A DNA stretch of 64,000 nt from positions 617,210,001 to 617,274,000 of the forward strand of contig NC_067400.1 of assembly GCF_016432865.1 (NCBI RefSeq), in the 5' to 3' direction. The notes below the pieces were generated by a model that was not told the origin of the DNA, made no database searches, and worked only from the letters and a program-made list of their open reading frames with translations. Shown here piece by piece: positions 55,558-64,000 of this stretch. The first letter of the stretch is position 1; every line of letters starts with the position of its first letter. A program made the translations under genes and the position numbers. Source of the stretch: Antechinus flavipes (taxonomy: Eukaryota).

Positions 55558-58543
55558 TCAGCCGATGGTGAGGCCGAAGCCGCACTGGAACTTGTTCTTT
55601 CGGTGATTGAGGAAGGCGCCCAGGGCCAGCGTCAGGGGCAGGGGGGGCAGCTTCTTCTCCAGGGTCGCGCCCACGATCCAGTTGCTGTCCATGGAGCCTG
55701 GGGGGAGACGAGGGGGAGACTGGGCATCTGAGGGGGCAGGCCGGGGGCGGCCCGTCTCCCGCAGACTCCGGGGGGCGGGGGCTACCTTTGAAGAGGAGGT
55801 TGGCCTTGGGCAGGTCCAGTTGGTAGCCGAAGGAGACGCTAGTGTCCTGCATCCGGGTGCTGGCTTCAAACTCCACCCCGACCTGGAGCTGGAGAGAGCC
55901 CCGAGGGTCAGCGGGGAGACCCCGGCCCAGCCCGGCCCGGCCCCCCGGCCCCTACCTCGCCCTCACCTGGTCGCTGGCTTTGTGGTAGTAAGTGGCGTGG
56001 GCCCCCGCCTGGCCCACGGTCAAGGTCGCCAGCCAGTTGGGCGCTGGGGGAAGAGACACGAGAGCGCTCAAGCACCCCGAGGCTTTGCGGGGCACCCCCC
56101 ACCCCAGAGTGCAGCCCCATACCTGTGTACTTCCCTGCCAGGGACATGACGGTGCCCTCCTCGCCCGGCCTTCGGTGATAAACCAGCTCCCCGCCCAGGG
56201 CCAGGCACGGGGTGATGCTCTGCAGGTAGTGAGCCACCAGGATCCCTGCGGACGGGGCGCGTGGTCAGCCCGGGGCCCGCCCTCCCTCCCCTTCTCGGCC
56301 CCACCGCCCGCCACCACGACCGGACCAGAGACCCAGGCTCTCTCTCCAGGCGCCGGGTGCGCGCTGCCCCCGGCCTCCTGACACGGGGTGGAGCGGCCCC
56401 CGCCCGGCGGCCTCACCTGAGCCCACCAGCACGTCGGGGTTCCCCAGGGTCACCGCGGCCGTGAAGTCCGAGCCCCGGTACTCTCCGTCCACCTGCCAGT
56501 TCACAAACTTGGACTGCTGCGTCTGTGAAGGAAAGGGGGACGCGGGGCGCTCAGCCCTGGCTTGGAGGCCCGAGGCTTCCCTGGTGCCGCGCCCGGCGCA
56601 CACTCACCTGCACCGCCATCTTGGAGCGCAGCCCTGGCCCCACCTGGTGGATCACCTGGGCGTTGAGGCTCCCACAGTTGTCCATGTCTCCCACCAGCAC
56701 CGGGAAGGCCTGGGGAAGGTCATGATTATGTAAGGAGATGGGGGCGGCTGGAACAGGTGGTCAGGGGGCATGGGGGGATCAACTGTGTGGTCAAGGACTG
56801 GGGGGATTGTCTGGGAGAGGTCAGGGACATAGTGGGATTATGTGGGGGCAAGAGAGCATCATGGGAGTGTCCGGGAGAGCTCAAGGGGAGCAGTAGGATC
56901 ATCCTAGGGGCCAAAGAGCATCATGGGATTGTCTGGGAGAGCTCAGGGAGTGCAGTGGGATTATGCAGGGGCCCAGAGAGCATCATGGGATTGTTTGGGA
57001 GGGTCAGGGGGTGCAGTAGGATTATGTGGGGGGCCAGAGAGCATCATGGGATTGTCTGGGAGGGTCAGGGGGTGCAGTGGGATTATGTGGGGGGCCAGAG
57101 AGCATCATGGGATTGTTCGGGAGGGTCAGGGGGTGCAGTGGGATTATGTGGGGGGCCAGAGAGCATCATGGGATTGTTCGGGAGGGTTAGGGGGTGCAGT
57201 GGGATTATGTGGGGGGCCAGAGAGCATCATGGGATTGTTTGGGAGGGTCAGGGGGTGCAGTGGGATTATGTGGGGGGCCAGAGAGCATCATGGGATTGTT
57301 CGGGAGGGTTAGGGGGTACAGTGGGATTATGTGGGGGGGCCAGAGAGCATCATGGGATTGTTCGGGAGAGTTAGGGGGTGCAGTGGGATTATGTGGGGGG
57401 GCCAGAGAGCATCATGGGATTGTTCGGGAGGGTCAGGGGGTGCAATGGGCCAGGTGTGGGGGACCCCTCTCACCTCGGTGGGGCTGAGCTGCTTGGTCCC
57501 CACGTAGGTGACCCCAAAGTGGTAGTTGGAGTCTCCGATGGTGCTGAGGGCCACGGTGTGATTGACCTGCAGAGAACAAGGGCCTGAGTGCCAGCCAGGC
57601 ACCCACTCCCTGCCCTGGGGGGAACGGGGCTCGGGGCCTCACCTGGAAGTGGTTGCTGAGGCCCTTGTTCACTGTGAGCTTCACGCCCTCCATCTGCACA
57701 GGGAACAGCTCTGTGGGGGGAAGGGGCCACAGTGTTTTGCCAGTGCCCTGGGGGGGAGGGGGAGCTACAGCTCTCAGATGGGGAAACATTCAGGGGGTCG
57801 GACAAGCTCCCCATCTCGCCTCTGAAAGGGGTGTGAGGATGCGGTTCCAGTCCTCCCCAGACCCCTCCCTGCCATGATTCTGCCAAGTCGGTCCTGATTT
57901 CACAGATGGAGAAACTGAGGCCCCCTAAGATGGATGAATGGCAGCAAGGGCCTGGATTAGCACTCAGGTCCCCTGCCTACAAAGCCAGAAGCTCTGAAGC
58001 CCCCCCCAGCCCTCGGGGTTCCGTGCTAGGGTTCTTCTGCTCTAGGGGTGGGGGTGCTGTTCTAAAAGCCTCCCCCGGGGAGGCCGCCAGGGGGCGTCTC
58101 CCGCACAGCGGGCCGGGCTGCGGCCGGAAAGATGAGGGTTCGAATCCGGTCCCGAGACTTCCCGGCCGGGAGGCCCAGGCGCCGGGCACCCAGTGGGGTC
58201 GCTCCCGTCCCTCCCCTCAAGCCCTCAGTGCCCCGCAGAGGCGCCCCCTCTTTCCGCCCCCCTCCCCCCGGCAGCGCTCACCCTTGCACTTGCGGTGGCA
58301 CTCCTCAAACGTGCCGGGGTTGGGGAGGCACCAGCTGGCCTGGTCCACCGGCTTCGGGGCCCCGCTCGCAGGGGCGCCCGGGACTCCTCCGCGGCCGCCG
58401 GACGCCGCGCTCAGGCCTCCCATGGGGGGCAGCGTGAAGCCCGGAGGCGGTGGCGGGAGCGGCGGCGGCGCGGCCACGAGGCCCGGGCCGGACGGGGGGG
58501 GCGGCCCCGCGGGCGGCGAGCTAGCGGCCAACACGTTGCCCAT
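55558..58543 (-). CDS. TOMM40: Mitochondrial import channel TOM40, 9 coding exons, 357 aa
   Basis: Exons 58543-58282, 57710-57643, 57566-57474, 56709-56608, 56522-56417, 56245-56123, 56043-55967, 55888-55786, 55697-55558; sum 1074 nt. Runs [17 protein letters not shown]...[19 protein letters not shown]...[12 protein letters not shown]. Confidence 0.97.
56790..57445. repeat. 61-bp minisatellite (~10 copies) in TOMM40 coding intron 3
   Basis: Unit GAGGGTCAGGGGGTGCAGTGGGATTATGTGGGGGGCCAGAGAGCATCATGGGATTGTTCGG; decays toward 56790. Confidence 0.92.
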
Positions 58544-58549
58544 GATCAC

Positions 58550-59300
58550 CTGCAGGAAACCGGGGCGAGAGGTCAGGGGTCACTGCCGCCACCCACGTGA
58601 CCACCCCTCCCCCGCGCCTCGGTCCCACCGCATGCCACGTGACCCCGACCCCGGGCGCTGCTCACTCCGGCGGCTCCGGCTCCTCCCGGCTTCCGCTCCG
58701 CAACCGAACCCCCGTGCGGGAGGCGGCGCTCAACGCGCAGGCGCAGCCTTAGGCCCGTCAGAAAACGGGGCTCATCATTGGCCCGAGAGATCGTTTCGTC
58801 ATTGGTCGGACTCTCCCGCCCCACCTTCACTCCGTAATTATTGGTAGTCCTCTGACAGGTCCCGCCCTGATCCTTCTCCTATTGGTTCTCCCAAGGAACG
58901 CTTCCCCTGATTGGTGTAAGGTTTCTCCGACCCCAGTGCCCAGTACGGCATTTACCCCACTGGCCCGCTGTCTTCTTGCGTTTTCATTGGTCGTTATTCG
59001 TGAAGAGCCCACCTTCGTGCGGCACTCATTGACCTTCCCAGAGAGCGTTCCTTTTCATTGGCTTATGATTTCACCTCATGAGGTTAGATGCTCCCTCCCT
59101 TATTCCGGACCTTGTCATAGGCTTATCATTTCAGAAGTCCCACCCTCTCTGCTTTTCCATTGGTAGACTTTCACAGCGTTTCTTTACATTGGCTACGGAT
59201 CTCGCCATTCCCGGGCGCTTGCTCTCCCTCCTGCCTGCCATCGCAGCTCGCGGATTGGTCCCAGGGTGAGATAAAGTCGCTGGGGATTGGCGGGCGGAGC
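58550..59300 (-). promoter_or_regulatory. TOMM40 CpG-island promoter, non-coding first exon and 5' UTR intron
   Basis: Intron 58665-58550 (GGA|GTGAGC ... CAG|GTGATCATG) holding two GTCACGTG sites; NRF1-like CGCGCAGGCGCA 58734-58745; ETS-like CGGAAG near 58690; 11 CCAAT boxes 58777-59290. Confidence 0.72.
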
Positions 59301-59891
59301 TAGGTCCCGGCGGAGGCTGACCAAGGTAGGCTGTGCTGCGCGGCAGAGCCGGCCTGCGACAAGGTCAGGGAGGGATTCCCAGAAGGCACCGCAGGCCGGG
59401 TCTCTCCGAGGATCCATATTCCCTTCCCCCTCCCTCCCGTCCGCCGTGACCCAGAATGCTCTGGCAGGGCCTCTGTGACCTTAGGGCGCCATTTCTTTCC
59501 CACCATGCCGTGCGGTTGCCCTTCTCCGCTATCTCTCCTCCCCTACACCTGGGGACAGCCCTGGGGTATGACGGGTAATGAAGGGCTGCTACAGTTAATC
59601 GGCCCTAATTAGGTCCAGTTTAATTTAACCAGGATGTTTACTTTACTTCCTGCCGGGAGTCTGGGAAACAGGCCCCTTCCCAAGCTGGAGGCAGATAGGT
59701 AAAGACAGGACATTTGCGGAATGGCTCCGGAAGCAGAGTTTGGGATGGGGAGAGGCATCCAAGCAAAGGCTTAGAGGTGGGAAATGGGCCACTATGGCCG
59801 GAGCGTGGAGAGTCATGGGTAAGCGGAAGGGGGCCTCCCTGTTCACTGAGCCAAGGACGGCACTCGTGCCCGGAGACATAAAAAAGTCGAG

Positions 59892-59897
59892 TTTATT
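59892..59897 (-). terminator. NECTIN2 polyadenylation signal AATAAA
   Basis: TTTATT ~490 nt past the stop. Confidence 0.7.
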
Positions 59898-60387
59898 AGG
59901 AAACATTTGTGTACAAAATTCAGTTCTCCTGCCCCACCCCCGCCGGGGGCGGGGCCGGCTCAGGCAGTCACACCTCCTGGGCCCCGCGGCTCCCCAAGCA
60001 CTGGCCACGCCCCCCAGAGTTCCCCATCCCCTTCCCTCCCCTTCCCCCCGACCCGGGCGACTCCTGCCTGCAGGAAGGGCTAAAGCTTCTGCTGCCCAGG
60101 GCTCAAGTCTGGGCGCAGGGGGATGGAGATGAGGGAGGGACACATGAGGGGGAGAGTCTATGGGCAAGAGAAAGGGGGCTACACTGCGGAGGAGAGGCTG
60201 GGTACAAGAGGAAGGGGGCGCAGCACGGGCAGCAGTGGGGAGGACCCCGTAGGGGAGGCTCGCTGAGCAGGTCTTCCACGCTACAAGTGGCTAAGTCAGA
60301 GGTCGTGGCAGAGAGGTCTTCCCCAGGGGCAGCTCCCAGCGGCAGGTTCCGGAGAAGGGGCCCTAGTCCCCGCGGGACTGTCCGGGC

Positions 60388-61107
60388 TCACACGTACATT
60401 GCCCGGGACATCACGAAGCCCTTGCCTTGGTAGGCCTCCGCTGTGGTGTAAGCCAGAGCATCATAGATGGGATTGATCTTGTCCAGGTAGTCTTCGTTAT
60501 CCTCCAGAGGCAGCCTCTCCTCGCCAGCAGCATCACCTGGCTCCTCCAGGTGCAGGGGCAGAGCAGCGGCCCGCTCTTCCAGGGTGGGTAGCTCATGGTA
60601 TCGGGGCATGTCCTGGGGAAGGGAGAGGGGGGGTGAGACCTTCCTCCTTTCCCCAGCCCCTCTGCCCAGAGTCACCGGAGGGCCCTCAGGGATCAAGGCT
60701 TCCAGTCCCGCCCGCGAAAGGGACTTCTGGAGGTCCCATGCACCGGGTAGTGGACTTGACTATTACCTGTTCAGGAGCTGAGATGCTGGACTCAAAGTAT
60801 GGGGTCTTCAGAGGGATGTGCTCCGAGCTACCTAGGGTGAAGAGCTGAGAGGGCTGGGGGCAGAGAGAAGGGGTGGGGTGGGGACAGGTCAGGGCAGATT
60901 CCGGGAGCTGGAGGCAGGGCTATACCCAGAATGGGAAAAGGGGAAAGGGACGGGATGCACAGGCCGGGGAGTGTGTCGTGGTGGTCAGGGCTGTGTGAGG
61001 GAATGGAAGGATGGAGGAAAAAGGGGTGAGAGCAAAGTCTTACCATTTCTGGCTCTTCCAGCTTCATCTTGGGAGGTGGAGGTTTGTAAGCAGGAGGGCC
61101 TTCAAGT
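60388..61107 (-). CDS. NECTIN2: Nectin-2 (PVRL2/CD112), last three exons of the delta-type cytoplasmic tail; upstream exons lie beyond the right edge
   Basis: Exons 61107-61044 (LEGPPAYKPPPPKMKLEEPEM), 60853-60767 (PSQLFTLGSSEHIPLKTPYFESSISAPEQ), 60612-60388 (DMPRYHELPTLEER...YLDKINPIYDAL...YQGKGFVMSRAMYV*), ending in the afadin PDZ ligand AMYV. Confidence 0.95.
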
Positions 61108-62929
61108 CTGGGGACGGAACAGAAGGAGAAAATAGTATTTCAGTCCCTGGGGCTTGTGCCCCAGTGACCCTGAGGGATTAAAGGTGGATAGAATGCAATC
61201 TGTGACAAGTTCTGACTTACTGAAAGGCTTTCAGTCATAGAAGCTGATCCTTGGAATGGCCCTCGTGGGCCACCCGCTTAAAACAACTTGCATCTGTTAA
61301 GTACCATGTGCTAGACCTAGACATTGGGGACAACACGTGGCAATGGGTGATTGGAGGCCAGTGAACTGACTGCAGTCCCGAAAGGTTCTAAGACACTGGA
61401 AAAGCTTTGCGTTCCAATGCGCCTTGATGACTAAATCCAGATGAATCCTCATCTTTCCTGAGCTCTCTCTCTCTGATGCTATTCACCAGTTCTTTTCCTC
61501 CTGAAAATGGGTTCTTCCTTGGAGTTATATGACACAGCAAGACAGAGAATAAAGAGAGAGCTTGCTTTCTTGGGAGAGAGCCGGCTGAACTGTTACTTTG
61601 TGAAGAAACAGTATCCAAAAAGTAGTTCCCGATGATTGTGCCTGCAGATTATTAATAGTGATGACTTCAGTTAAAGAGATAGTTTTCCTGATTGGGCTGT
61701 AGAGAACTTGGAGAAACGGCAGGGAAAGAAGCTGAAAAGACCTCACTGAATACAACTGCTTAAGCCCTAATCTTATCTTGTGAAGGGATGACGAGAATTC
61801 TCCAGAAGAAACTATGCTTGATATCTTGAGTGAATTAAATAGGGCAATTGTATTTTCAGAAAATATCTCCAGTAGCCACAAGAATGGTTTAAGGTGCCTC
61901 TTACTCGGGTGGGTATATTTCCTGTAAATAATTGTTGCTAATTGCCATTATCAGTAATCAATCACAACATTGAAATAATCTGAGGAAATTAGAGGGTTAG
62001 CTATATAGAGGGATTTGGGCAACTACTCATGGTTGGAAAGAGGATTTTCCAATAAATCAAGCAATAGGCTGAGGAGTGGGAGGTGGACACTGCTGTTACT
62101 CACATATATCCTGTGTTTTCCTACCCTTAAGAATAACTTACTTTCTCTCAGGGAGTCATTCATTTGGCCCATCCCTTTTCTCTACCAGACAGATAGCTGG
62201 AGAATTAGAAAAACTAGAGTCTAACTTATTGGGGGGACACACATAAAGGAAGCCGTGTGACCTCAGTCTAGGGTCAGGGGACTTAATTGCCAGAACTGCT
62301 TCCTACTGCCTTTCTTCCCTCTTCCCTCCAGAGCTCCGGAGCTCAACATTAGACTGAAGCCTAAGATTTTAATATTTTCCGAGACGAATCTCCTTGACCT
62401 CTTTTTGGTTTTTGATACTAGGTTTGTGGGGCAGCTAGAAGGTCCAGTGGATAGAACAGGATTCAGGAAGACGTCTTCATGACTTCATATCTGGCCTGAC
62501 ACTAGCAATCTGACCTTGTACTTGATCTTTGCTAAGGAAACCCCCAGCAGTCATGATGAGTTGGGCCTGACTGAAAGGACCGAACAACAATAAAGTGTTT
62601 TGACCGTCTTTTCTCTCGTCATTCTCTTGGTTCTGTTCACGTCTCCAACCAATCTTTTTAGGTTTCTTTGCTGGTAATCTATCTCCGACCATCTGATTTA
62701 AGTGTGAGCCTAATCTTAAGGCCAGGGCGCACATGACTGTGTGTATACACACCTATGTGTTCCTTCAGCTTGATGGTCTTTTTGCAGACCATCTGCATGT
62801 TCATCTCTCTTCCTCCAGGTCCTACTCTGATGCCTTAGCACGGCATGAGAGTGACTCTGAGGGATTAAAGGTGGATAGAATGCAATCTGTGACAAGTTCT
62901 AACTTACTGAAAGGCTTTCAGTCATAGAA

Positions 62930-63590
62930 GATAGTCGGAGGCCCTCGTGGGCCATCCAGTTCAGCTTATTTGTAAGAAAAATCCCCTTTAACACCCAGTA
63001 AGTGATCAGATCTATGAGTTCTGCTAGAAGACTTTCAAGAACTGAGAACCTACCCGCCCCCCTCTCTCCAGATAGGCCGTTTCAAAACGAGAGCTTTTGG
63101 CAGCTCTAATTGTCAACAAGTTTTTCCTGACATTGTCTGAATTTTCCTCTTTGCAACTCTCACACACTGCTCTTGGTTGCAAGGGGTGCTGACTCCTCTG
63201 GGGCCAAACAAAACAAATCTGATGTCTTCTCCACACGACGGCTCTTCTGAGACTTGCGAGAGCTTTCGTGTTCTCTCCCGAGTCTTGATTTCTACAGGAT
63301 AACAATGTCAGATTGATTCAATTGAGTCCTTTACGTCATAGACTTGAGGCCTTTCACCATCCTAGCTGCTTTCTTCTGGATCCTTTCCAGTTTATTCATG
63401 TTCTTCTTAAACCACCATGGCCAGAACAGCACACAAAGCCCCAGGGGAGCTTTGGTAGTACATCAGGACCATTATCTCCCTGCTTCTGGGAGCTATTCTT
63501 GTCTTCAGTGCAGCATAATGTTGAATTAGCTTTTTAGGGGGGCTGTGTCAAACTGCTGACTCATGTTGAGTTTGCAGTCTAATAAATCCT
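62930..63590. mobile_element. Degenerate CR1/L3-like fragment in NECTIN2 intron
   Basis: Resembles amniote CR1 3' region in antisense; family from memory, boundaries approximate. Confidence 0.35.
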
Positions 63591-63594
63591 GGCC

Positions 63595-63870
63595 TTTTTT
63601 TAGTTTTGTTTTTAATCTATTTATTTTTAATACACATTGCTTTATGAATCATGTTGGGAGAGAAAAATCAATAAAAGAGAAAAGCCATGGGAGAGAAAAA
63701 TCGAAAAACAAAAAAGAAGGGAACAGAGCATAACGTGTTGATTTACATTCAATCTCCATGGTTCTTTTTCTGGATGCAGGGGGTATTTTCTATCCAAAGT
63801 CTGTTGGGATTGCCTTGGATCACTGAACCACTGAGAAGAACCAAGTCTTTCATAGTTAATCATCGCACAC
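63595..63870 (-). mobile_element. LINE-1 3' end fragment
   Basis: T-rich start and similarity to 21920-22300 (TTTTCTATCCAAAGTC...TTGGATCACTGAACCACTGAGAAGA). Confidence 0.55.
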
Positions 63871-64000
63871 TTTTATTGTTATCGTATACAATGGTTCTGC
63901 TTGAAATCTTAGCTTTTTCTAAACTATTATCTCATCACTGCCTAAAAGATTTATGAAGTGGATTTTTGATAATTTGCCCTTAGGGAATTTCACCTTATCA

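Noticed and set aside
55889-56416. Equivalent of the human TOMM40 intronic poly-T variant
   Set aside because: These introns are under ~175 nt here and contain no T tract.
56674-56676. TOMM40 Cys where human has Ser (DMDNCGSL vs DMDNSGSL)
   Set aside because: Single conservative substitution; could be a polymorphism or base error, with no supporting evidence of function.
1-64000. tRNA, snoRNA, rRNA or miRNA genes
   Set aside because: Only tRNA-derived SINE heads seen; no intact structural RNA recognisable by eye (tRNAscan-SE/Infernal would be needed to exclude them).

Overview
Eukaryotic genomic DNA, not prokaryotic. This is the orthologue of the human 19q13.32 apolipoprotein locus, with every gene on the minus strand. 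Left to right: RELB (5' part, exons 1-3), CLPTM1 (complete, 14 exons plus a duplicated exon 3), APOC2, APOC4, APOC1, APOE, TOMM40 (complete) and the last three exons of NECTIN2 (delta-type tail). The interspersed repeats (MAR1/WSINE1-like SINEs, marsupial L1 3' ends, an RTE-like remnant) point to a marsupial, probably a dasyurid; I cannot fix the species from sequence alone. Exons were reconstructed by hand from GT-AG sites, phase continuity and recalled human proteins, and every complete gene gives an intact frame. There are two N gaps (36773-36930, 37415-37920). Main observations: (1) a ~1.1-kb tandem duplication of the frame-shifting CLPTM1 exon 3, with all copy differences clustered around the splice signals; (2) two diverged copies of a FOXA/nuclear-receptor module flanking the APOC1-APOC4 interval that resemble a hepatic control region duplicated independently of primate HCR1/HCR2; (3) an ApoE with Arg61, Gly112 and Gln255 that lacks one 22-residue repeat; (4) an orphan NF-Y/NRF1/YY1 promoter at 27.3 kb; (5) signs of an extra 5' exon in APOC4; (6) an 11-box CCAAT array at TOMM40. 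Comparisons with human sequences are from memory and need confirming by alignment.
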